A stretch of DNA of 64,000 bases from an uncultured Planctomycetaceae bacterium (lineage in GTDB: Bacteria > Planctomycetota > Planctomycetia > Planctomycetales > Planctomycetaceae): contig CAXBME010000005.1 of assembly GCA_963976765.1 (NCBI GenBank), forward strand, positions 62,001 through 126,000. The letters are read 5' to 3'. Position 1 is the first letter of the stretch. Every line of letters begins with the position of its first letter. Below, one piece after another: positions 20,706 to 26,142 of this stretch. Below the pieces are notes generated by a model. The model saw only the letters and a list, made by a program, of their open reading frames with translations, made no database searches and was not told where the DNA came from. The position numbers and the translations under genes were made by a program.

Positions 20706-20804
20706 ATGATGGTTTTCAGGTCAGGACTCATTAGCGAACAGAGCGGTTATGGACGATTTGCCGATCAATCGGCGAATACGTTGCCGTGCCCCCTGCGATT
20801 GTGA
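20706..20804 (+). CDS. Putative 32-aa leader peptide MMVFRSGLISEQSGYGRFADQSANTLPCPLRL
   Basis: Short ORF whose stop overlaps the antiterminator strand upstream of a terminator; RBS weak. Confidence 0.5.
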   Translation: MMVFRSGLISEQSGYGRFADQSANTLPCPLRL

Positions 20805-20864
20805 CATCTGGCCTGCCTCTCTCTCTGATTGCATAGCCCGGTGTCACTGACATCGGGCTTTTTT
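20801..20864 (+). promoter_or_regulatory. Attenuator: antiterminator (20801-20812/20836-20847) competing with intrinsic terminator
   Basis: GTGACATCTGGC pairs 11/12 with GCCCGGTGTCAC, which is also the terminator 5' strand. Confidence 0.65.
20835..20864 (+). terminator. Intrinsic terminator just before tRNA array
   Basis: AGCCCGGTGTC-ACT-GACATCGGGCT then T-run. Confidence 0.85.
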
Positions 20865-20892
20865 CGTGGACTCATGCAATTCACGACTCAGC

Positions 20893-20964
20893 GGGTCGGT
20901 AGCTGAGATGGTTTAGCGACGGTCTGAAGAACCGTAGACGAGGATTCAAGCGCCTCTCGACCCA
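20893..20964 (+). tRNA. tRNA-Phe(GAA), imperfect T-arm
   Basis: Acceptor GGGTCGG/TCGACCC; ACGGT-CTGAAGA-ACCGT. Confidence 0.75.
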
Positions 20965-20992
20965 CTTGCGCATCTGATGCGCACTCGCACAT

Positions 20993-21066
20993 GCCCCGTT
21001 CTTCTAATGGCTCAGGATGCTGGTCTTTCAAGCCGGCGATGCCGGGTTCAATTCCCGCACGGGGTA
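20993..21066 (+). tRNA. tRNA-Glu(TTC)
   Basis: Cloverleaf; loop CTTTCAA. Confidence 0.85.
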
Positions 21067-21072
21067 CTACAT

Positions 21073-21145
21073 GGCCTGTTAGTGAAACTGGACATCACGA
21101 GACGCTTCGAACGTCTTATTCCGGGTTCGAATCCTGGGCGGGCTA
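21073..21145 (+). tRNA. tRNA-Arg(TCG)
   Basis: AGACG-CTTCGAA-CGTCT; TTCGAAT T-loop. Confidence 0.9.
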
Positions 21146-21152
21146 CTTACAA

Positions 21153-21225
21153 CGGGATGAAGGGGAGTTGGCGCCCCGCCTGGTTTGGGACCAGGAGATC
21201 GCAGGTTCGAATCCTGTCATCCCGA
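21153..21225 (+). tRNA. tRNA-Pro(TGG)
   Basis: CCTGG-TTTGGGA-CCAGG; C1-G72, A73. Confidence 0.9.
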
Positions 21226-21243
21226 CTGACGAAGACTCAACAC

Positions 21244-21316
21244 AGCCCGGTCGTTCAACGGTCGAGGACGCCGTTCTGATAAGGCGGAGACGAAGGTTCG
21301 ACTCCTTCTCGGGCTA
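21244..21316 (+). tRNA. tRNA-Ile(GAT)
   Basis: Loop CTGATAA; cloverleaf. Confidence 0.88.
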
Positions 21317-21395
21317 CTTGAAATTCACACAGACAATACCCGGAGCCTGACATGCCGACGCTGCATCGATTGAAACAGATACCCACTCCTCGCAC

Positions 21396-21467
21396 GAGGT
21401 CGTGGTGTAACGGCAGCACAGCAGACTTTTAATCTGCACGGCGAGGGTTCGAATCCCTCCGACCTCA
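21396..21467 (+). tRNA. tRNA-Lys(TTT)
   Basis: GCAGA-CTTTTAA-TCTGC. Confidence 0.9.
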
Positions 21468-21486
21468 TTGAGCAACACGAGGCACA

Positions 21487-21558
21487 CGGCCCGTAGCTCA
21501 AGGGTGAGAGCAGGCTCCTTATAAGGGCACGACGACGGTTCGACTCCGTCTGGGCCGA
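21487..21558 (+). tRNA. tRNA-Ile(TAT), rare anticodon
   Basis: Loop CTTATAA; A73; canonical D and T arms. Confidence 0.85.
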
Positions 21559-21572
21559 CTGAGAGAAGAACC

Positions 21573-21821
21573 ATGAAACGCACAATTTACAGGCAATGCG
21601 AAGTCCGTCGCGGACCGGCATTCCGGCTGACTTGGATACCGGCATCGTTCGCGGTCAACGGCAAGATGCTGAATTTGCGTGACAACGGTGAGTGGTCCGA
21701 TGGCTGGGTCGTCACCGAAGTCTATCCGGACACCGAGCGGATCATCACGCCGACTCCGCAGAGTGAAATCAGACGTCACCGAAGAGCAACGGGAGACTCG
21801 CTTCCGCGGCTCGCCAAGTAA
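21573..21821 (+). CDS. 82-aa hypothetical protein embedded in tRNA array
   Basis: Fills gap between two tRNAs, purine-rich RBS, Trp-rich sequence. Confidence 0.65.
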   Translation: MKRTIYRQCEVRRGPAFRLTWIPASFAVNGKMLNLRDNGEWSDGWVVTEVYPDTERIITPTPQSEIRRHRRATGDSLPRLAK

Positions 21822-21827
21822 CAACAC

Positions 21828-21900
21828 GGGATCGAGGTGTTAGCGGCAGCACATCCGGCTCTTAACCGGACAGGTGAGGGTTCGAGCCCCTCCGATCCTA
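21828..21900 (+). tRNA. tRNA-Lys(CTT)
   Basis: TCCGG-CTCTTAA-CCGGA. Confidence 0.9.
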
Positions 21901-21911
21901 CTCGACGACCA

Positions 21912-21983
21912 GCACTGGTCGTTCAGCGGCAAGGACACCGCACTCGTAATGCGGCAACGTGGGTTCGAGTCCCACCCGGTGCT
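21912..21983 (+). tRNA. tRNA-Thr(CGT)
   Basis: CCGCA-CTCGTAA-TGCGG. Confidence 0.9.
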
Positions 21984-22016
21984 CTGTAGTTCTTTGACAA
22001 TTGGTTCATTTCATCA

Positions 22017-22087
22017 GCGCCCATGATGTAGCGGCAGCCTACTGCCTTGCCATGGCGGAAGTGCGGGTTCGACTCCCGCTGGGCGCT
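22017..22087 (+). tRNA. tRNA-Gly(GCC)
   Basis: Loop TTGCCAT; U73. Confidence 0.85.
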
Positions 22088-22114
22088 CTCGGCATACATT
22101 GAGTCTGCACTTAT

Positions 22115-22205
22115 CAGGGCGTGGGAAAGTCTGGCCCCTTTTTGTTTTGAACAGGTCGAGTGCTTCGTGAGCACGAGATCGTCGGTTCAAATCCGGCCGT
22201 CCTGA
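22115..22205 (+). pseudogene. tRNA-Pro-bodied gene with element in D-arm and CGT anticodon
   Basis: CAGGGCG/CGTCCTG-A acceptor and T-arm intact; D-arm 3' half replaced (22135-22158); loop TTCGTGA. Confidence 0.7.
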
Positions 22206-22235
22206 CTGCGGCTTCGGCCGCGACATAAACAACAT

Positions 22236-22310
22236 TGCGGTGGTGCTCGTGCTGGTACGGGCAGGCGGCTGTTAACCGTTTTGACGCAGGTTCGATTCCT
22301 GCCACCGCAG
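22236..22310 (+). tRNA. tRNA-Asn(GTT)
   Basis: Loop CTGTTAA; U1-A72, G73. Confidence 0.85.
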
Positions 22311-22316
22311 CTTTGG

Positions 22317-22402
22317 GGAAGTCATCCGGCTGGATGAGGAGCCTGCCTCGAAAGCAGGTGAGGGCAAATTGTCCGTTGTGGGTTCGAGTCCCACGGCTTC
22401 CG
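22317..22402 (+). tRNA. tRNA-Ser(CGA)
   Basis: CCTGC-CTCGAAA-GCAGG; long variable arm; G73. Confidence 0.85.
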
Positions 22403-22418
22403 CTTCGTGAAACAACAC

Positions 22419-22490
22419 GTGCCCTTGGCCGAGCGGCAAAGGTTCCAGGCTTCCAACCTGGCGAGGCGGGTTCGACTCCCGCAGGGCACT
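22419..22490 (+). tRNA. tRNA-Gly(TCC)
   Basis: CCAGG-CTTCCAA-CCTGG; U73. Confidence 0.9.
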
Positions 22491-22498
22491 CTCTTCAT

Positions 22499-22570
22499 TG
22501 CGGGGTGTCTGTTGGTCGACCGGCGTGGCTTTGAACCACGTCGACGCGGGTTCGATTCCTGCACCCGCAA
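22499..22570 (+). tRNA. tRNA-Gln(TTG), atypical D-arm
   Basis: CGTGG-CTTTGAA-CCACG; U1-A72. Confidence 0.75.
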
Positions 22571-22599
22571 CTTCGATGACGGCTCGAACAGGAATCCAA

Positions 22600-22670
22600 T
22601 GCGGGATCGTTCAATGGCAGGACGCGGCGCTCTGAACGCCGTAATGCTGGTTCGAGTCCAGCTCCCGCAA
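22600..22670 (+). tRNA. tRNA-Gln(CTG)
   Basis: CGGCG-CTCTGAA-CGCCG. Confidence 0.9.
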
Positions 22671-22735
22671 CTGCGGCACTGCCGCTTTGTTCGAGCTACC
22701 GCTCGGATGAGCGATCCAGCGTCGAGAGCAACTAC

Positions 22736-22819
22736 GGAAGTCAACCGGCCGGATGAGGAGCCTGTCTTGAAAACAGGTGCGGGGTTAGCCCGTTGTGGGT
22801 TCAAGTCCCACGGCTTCCG
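22736..22819 (+). tRNA. tRNA-Ser(TGA)
   Basis: CCTGT-CTTGAAA-ACAGG; long variable arm; paralog of Ser(CGA). Confidence 0.85.
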
Positions 22820-22837
22820 CCTTCTAAAGAACAAGAC

Positions 22838-22910
22838 GGTCCTGTGGCCCAGCGGCGAGGGCAGCTCCCTTACAAGGAGACGATCGGTGGTTCGAGTCCA
22901 CCCAGGATCA
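22838..22910 (+). tRNA. tRNA-Val(TAC)
   Basis: Loop CTTACAA. Confidence 0.88.
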
Positions 22911-22921
22911 CTTCACGACAT

Positions 22922-22994
22922 GGCACCGTAGCCCAACGGCAGAGGCGGTCGTCTCAAACGCGACGAAGTGTGAGTTCGAATCTCACCGGTGCCA
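22922..22994 (+). tRNA. tRNA-Leu(CAA), short variable arm
   Basis: GTCGT-CTCAAAC-GCGAC; 5-nt V loop GAAGT. Confidence 0.85.
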
Positions 22995-23014
22995 CTTGAA
23001 GCAAAACACAACAT

Positions 23015-23089
23015 GCCCTCGCAGAGCAGCCAGGAGTGCTCGCCATCCTGTCACGATGGAGATCGTCGGTTCGAATCCGATCGGGGGTG
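23015..23089 (+). tRNA. tRNA-Asp(GTC)
   Basis: CCATC-CTGTCAC-GATGG; G73. Confidence 0.88.
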
Positions 23090-23122
23090 CTTGTCACAAA
23101 CGGAAAAAGAAAAAGAACTTTC

Positions 23123-23195
23123 GACGCGGTAGCCCAATGGGAGAGGCAACCGGTTTAAGCCCGGTCCAGTGTGGGTTCGACTCCCACCCGCGTCA
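23123..23195 (+). tRNA. tRNA-Leu(TAA), short variable arm
   Basis: ACCGG-TTTAAGC-CCGGT; V loop CCAGT. Confidence 0.85.
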
Positions 23196-23214
23196 TTCAC
23201 ACAGCAATCACGAC

Positions 23215-23285
23215 GGCCCATTCGTCTAGCGGCAGGATGCCAGGTTCTCAGCCTGGAGACGGGAGTTCGATTCTCCCATGGGTCA
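23215..23285 (+). tRNA. tRNA-Glu(CTC)
   Basis: CCAGG-TTCTCAG-CCTGG. Confidence 0.9.
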
Positions 23286-23301
23286 CTCAGTAGCAAGACA
23301 T

Positions 23302-23375
23302 GGCACCGTAGCCCAATTAGTAGAGGCGTCTGGCTTAGGACCAGAAGGTTGAGAGTTCGAATCTCTCCGGTGCTA
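23302..23375 (+). tRNA. tRNA-Leu(TAG), short variable arm
   Basis: TCTGG-CTTAGGA-CCAGA; V loop AGGTT. Confidence 0.85.
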
Positions 23376-23395
23376 TTCACAAAAGAATCCAACAC

Positions 23396-23477
23396 GCGTC
23401 GGCTGGGCACTGGTGAGCCCACGTGGCTGTAACCCACACGCCGAAAGGCTTTGGCGGTTCAACTCCGTCCCGACGCA
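23396..23477 (+). tRNA. tRNA-Tyr(GTA)
   Basis: Loop CTGTAAC; long V arm GCC-GAAA-GGC. Confidence 0.88.
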
Positions 23478-23496
23478 CTCGACATCTCATGAATAC

Positions 23497-23569
23497 GGTG
23501 GCGTAGTGTCAATGGCGAGCACGACGGATCGTCGATCCGTTAGAGCGGGTTCGAGGCCCGTCGTCACCG
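23497..23569 (+). tRNA. Atypical tRNA, anticodon GTC (Asp-like, C33)
   Basis: ACGGA-TCGTCGA-TCCGT; GGTGGCG/CGTCACC, G73. Confidence 0.65.
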
Positions 23570-23589
23570 TCGCGTTTAGACAGCAACAT

Positions 23590-23672
23590 GACCAGGTGGT
23601 GGAACGGTAGACACGCGACGCTCAGAACGTCGTGCCCTTTGAGGCATGGGAGTTCGAATCTCCCTCTGGTCA
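23590..23672 (+). tRNA. tRNA-Leu(CAG), long variable arm
   Basis: CGACG-CTCAGAA-CGTCG. Confidence 0.9.
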
Positions 23673-23677
23673 CTGAC

Positions 23678-23768
23678 GAGTTGAAAGTTGCGAGTGCAGA
23701 GTGGAGAGATTCGGCGAACCTGATCGTCGACCGCTGACTCTCAACTCGGAACCTTCAACACTCAACTC
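23678..23768. repeat. Heptamer-repeat inverted hairpin spacer
   Basis: GAGTTGA-type units opposite TCAACTC-type units. Confidence 0.65.
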
Positions 23769-23770
23769 AT

Positions 23771-23840
23771 TGCAGGTGCGGCAGGTGCCCAGTTGGCTCT
23801 CATAAGGCCGGCCTCCCCGGCTCGATACCGGGACCTGCAA
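23771..23840 (+). tRNA. Atypical tRNA-Met/Ile2(CAT), mini D-arm
   Basis: TGCAGGT/ACCTGCA; loop CTCATAA; T-loop CTCGATA. Confidence 0.65.
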
Positions 23841-23863
23841 CTTTTCAAACAGAAACAACACAT

Positions 23864-23931
23864 CGCGGGTGGGCGAGGCTCATCGGGGTTTCATAAGCCT
23901 CGACAACCGGGTGCGACTCCCGGACCCGCTA
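23864..23931 (+). tRNA. Atypical initiator-like tRNA-Met(CAT), mini D-arm
   Basis: CGCGGGT/ACCCGCT with C1:T72 mismatch; loop TTCATAA; T-loop TGCGACT. Confidence 0.65.
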
Positions 23932-23940
23932 CTTCCAAGA

Positions 23941-24019
23941 GAGTCGAGAGCTGAGTGCCCAGAGTCGAGAGACAGCCTCGTTGCTGGTCCCTGGACTCTC
24001 GTCTCTCAACTCTGGACTC
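23941..24019. repeat. Heptamer-repeat inverted hairpin spacer
   Basis: GAGTCGA/GAGCTGA units opposite CTGGACT/CTCAACT units. Confidence 0.65.
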
Positions 24020-24024
24020 AACCC

Positions 24025-24096
24025 GACTCCGTGGTCCAACGGCAACGACACCTGCGTGACATGCAGGAGACGATGGTTCAACTCCGTCCGGGGTCA
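24025..24096 (+). tRNA. tRNA-Val(GAC)
   Basis: CCTGC-GTGACAT-GCAGG (G32). Confidence 0.85.
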
Positions 24097-24115
24097 CTTG
24101 AGCTGAAGTAAGAAT

Positions 24116-24186
24116 GGTCTGCAGGTGTTTCGGCGGCACACCGCTGTGGTAAGGCGGAAGGCCGGGTTCAATTCCCGGGCGGACCT
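24116..24186 (+). tRNA. tRNA-Thr(GGT)
   Basis: CCGCT-GTGGTAA-GGCGG (G32). Confidence 0.85.
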
Positions 24187-24205
24187 CTTGAAGAGAAGAC
24201 GACAC

Positions 24206-24276
24206 GGGCTGCTCGTCCAATGGGAAGACGCCTGGCTTGCAACCAGGTAATCGGGGTTCGACTCCCCGGCGGTCCA
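24206..24276 (+). tRNA. tRNA-Ala(TGC)
   Basis: G3:U70; CCTGG-CTTGCAA-CCAGG. Confidence 0.9.
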
Positions 24277-24288
24277 CTTGATGACAAC

Positions 24289-24359
24289 GGGGTCATGGTC
24301 CAACGGGACGACTCCAGCATGGCATGCTGGCAATCCGGGTTCGATTCCCGGTGACTCCA
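24289..24359 (+). tRNA. tRNA-Ala(GGC)
   Basis: G3:U70; CCAGC-ATGGCAT-GCTGG. Confidence 0.9.
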
Positions 24360-24367
24360 CTCGATAC

Positions 24368-24453
24368 GGAAGGTAGCCGGATACGGTTGGCCGGACCGCA
24401 CTGCTAATGCGTGTGCCTTTACGGGCGTGTGAGTTCGAATCTCATGCCTTCCG
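24368..24453 (+). tRNA. tRNA-Ser(GCT)
   Basis: Loop CTGCTAA; long V arm; G73. Confidence 0.85.
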
Positions 24454-24462
24454 CTTTGATAT

Positions 24463-24551
24463 GGCCTGATGGTGAAACGGAAATCATCCCTCGCTTCTAA
24501 CGAGGCCCCGTCTCGTTTGTAACAGGGCGGGTTCGAATCCTGGTCGGGCTA
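24463..24551 (+). tRNA. tRNA-Arg(TCT) with 21-nt element in variable loop
   Basis: CCTCG-CTTCTAA-CGAGG; V region 24506-24526 versus 4 nt in paralog Arg(TCG). Confidence 0.75.
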
Positions 24552-24582
24552 CTGAGAAGACAAGCCGCCTGTTGCGGCAAAA

Positions 24583-24690
24583 GGAAGGGCAACCCGATGG
24601 GTGACGGGAACCGGTTGGAAGCCGGTCGAGTGCGTTGACGCGTGCCTTGCGAGTTCGACTCGGGCACCGCCCGCAGGGTGGTCCCTTCCG
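24583..24690 (+). pseudogene. tRNA-Ser(GGA) with hairpin element in T-stem
   Basis: ACCGG-TTGGAAG-CCGGT; acceptor intact; 24662-24680 interrupts 3' T-stem. Confidence 0.75.
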
Positions 24691-24692
24691 CT

Positions 24693-24768
24693 GTGGCCGG
24701 GTCCGGTGCTGGTTTCCGGAGACAGACTGTGAATCTGTTCGTCGTCGGTTCAATTCCGATCGGCCACC
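24693..24768 (+). tRNA. tRNA-His(GTG), no encoded G-1
   Basis: ACAGA-CTGTGAA-TCTGT; C73; base -1 is T. Confidence 0.85.
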
Positions 24769-24865
24769 TCCAAACCGAGCGTTTGGATCGGATTGCCGTA
24801 GGGGAGCGTCACCAGATTGGGACGCCGCTACGGCGAGTGAGTTTTATGAGCAAAGGACTGGATCG

Positions 24866-25462
24866 ATGGTTGCTGCTGTACTTGATCGACCAACGCTGGT
24901 GCTGAATCGCAACTGGCAGCCTGTCGGCGTCGCCACGGTTGCGAAGGCGCTGACGAAGGTCTGGAACGAGTCGGCGCGGATCGTCGATCCTGCTGACTAC
25001 CAGCAATACACATGGCAGGACTGGGCACAACTGCGACCGGAAGACGGCGATCTGTTCATTCAGACTCGTCGATTCCAGTTGCGGGTTCCGGAGGTTGTCA
25101 CACTGACGAAGTACGACCGCCTGCCGACGAACTCGGTGATGTTCAGCCGGCGAAATGTCTTCAAGCGAGACAAGTTCACGTGCCAGTATTGCGGTGCTCG
25201 ACCAGGCAGCGAGGAATTGACGATCGACCACGTCACGCCGAGGGCTCAGGGTGGAACATCCACCTGGGTCAACTGTGTGCTGGCGTGCATCGGCTGCAAC
25301 TCGCGCAAGGCTGACCGGACTCCGGAGCAGGCTCGGATGCCGCTGCGATCAAAGCCGGTTCGGCCGACGTGGCGACCGCTGTACGCGGCTCGCGGAGTCC
25401 GCATCGAAAGCTGGTCACGTTTCGTTAGCGAGAGCTACTGGAACATAGAACTGAGTGAGTGA
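24866..25462 (+). CDS. HNH endonuclease
   Basis: TLVLN N-terminus, RDKFTCQYCG, LTIDHV.P, CIGCN..K; start re-assigned to MVAAV. Confidence 0.9.
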   Translation: MVAAVLDRPTLVLNRNWQPVGVATVAKALTKVWNESARIVDPADYQQYTWQDWAQLRPEDGDLFIQTRRFQLRVPEVVTLTKYDRLPTNSVMFSRRNVFKRDKFTCQYCGARPGSEELTIDHVTPRAQGGTSTWVNCVLACIGCNSRKADRTPEQARMPLRSKPVRPTWRPLYAARGVRIESWSRFVSESYWNIELSE

Positions 25463-25507
25463 CACGAGTCGCTGCCGGCCTCGGCGTTGAGGTCGGCAGC
25501 TTTACAC

Positions 25508-25577
25508 AGCGGTGTGCTCCTGGGAGAGCAGGCAGATTCCAAACCTGTCCCACGGGGTTCGACTCCTCGCACCGTTG
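25508..25577 (+). tRNA. tRNA-Trp(CCA)
   Basis: AGCGGTG/CACCGTT, G73; loop TTCCAAA. Confidence 0.8.
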
Positions 25578-25600
25578 CTGCGGCATTGCCGCATTAAGTT

Positions 25601-25691
25601 GCCGACGTGGCTCGATACAGAAAGGCGCCGGTCTTGCCCTGTCACAATTTGCAAACGGCGGATCATGCGGGTGCGAATCCTGCCGTCGGCC
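25601..25691 (+). pseudogene. tRNA-Thr(TGT)-like gene with element in anticodon loop
   Basis: GCCGACG/CGTCGGC acceptor, T-arm present; CTTG followed by 25 nt where 8 expected. Confidence 0.7.
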
Positions 25692-25696
25692 CTCAA

Positions 25697-25785
25697 GCCC
25701 AGCGGATGTGATGAACAGAATGGCGGTCTTCAATGCCCGCTGGACGAGGTTCGACGGGCGGCGCCCGAAGAATAGTCCGGCGGAA
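25697..25785 (+). pseudogene. Decayed tRNA (Arg-like body) with hairpin element after T-loop
   Basis: GGCGG..CCCGC anticodon-arm remnant, CGAGGTTCGA, then element similar to the Ser(GGA) insert. Confidence 0.5.
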
Positions 25786-25802
25786 TTTTTAATGCACAAC
25801 GC

Positions 25803-25875
25803 GTCCTCGGAGTGTGGCGGATTCGCACGCGACCCTGCGAAGGTCGAGGACCAGGTTCGATTCCTAGCGGGGACA
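25803..25875 (+). tRNA. tRNA-Arg(GCG), rare anticodon
   Basis: CGACC-CTGCGAA-GGTCG. Confidence 0.88.
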
Positions 25876-25894
25876 CTTTTCATTTCGACAACAC

Positions 25895-25966
25895 GACACC
25901 GATGCTCGATGGTCGGGCGGCTGCCTGCAAAGCAGCTCATAGTGAGTTCGATTCTCACCGGTGTCT
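25895..25966 (+). tRNA. tRNA-Cys(GCA)
   Basis: GCTGC-CTGCAAA-GCAGC; U73. Confidence 0.9.
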
Positions 25967-26064
25967 CTTTAATGCTTGCCTTGATGCTGTCATTGCCGGC
26001 GGTGCGTTGGGCTCAAGAGTCAGCCTGACGTATTCCGTGAACGGGTTTTGAACATGACGGTGTC

Positions 26065-26140
26065 GATGTGGTCGCCCAATTGGTAGGGCACCAGGTTTTG
26101 CACCTGGCTGTTACGGGTTCGAGTCCCGTCCACGGCTCCA
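26065..26140 (+). ncRNA. tRNA-like RNA with encoded CCA, mismatched acceptor, loop TTTTGCA
   Basis: Well-formed D arm (GCCC/GGGC), CCAGG/CCTGG stem, ACGGG-TTCGAGT-CCCGT; ends TCCA. Confidence 0.7.
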
Positions 26141-26142
26141 AC

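Noticed and set aside
21352..21432. GGAG-preceded mini-ORF MPTLHRLKQIP
   Set aside because: Runs into tRNA-Lys; no independent support
22115..25785. Inserts as canonical tRNA introns
   Set aside because: Too short for group I, no clear bulge-helix-bulge, and clean removal does not restore canonical tRNAs; kept as insertion findings instead
20893..26140. CRISPR array or stop-suppressor/Sec/Pyl tRNAs
   Set aside because: Periodic GGTTCGA motifs are T-loops; no CTA, TTA or TCA anticodon found; no cas genes
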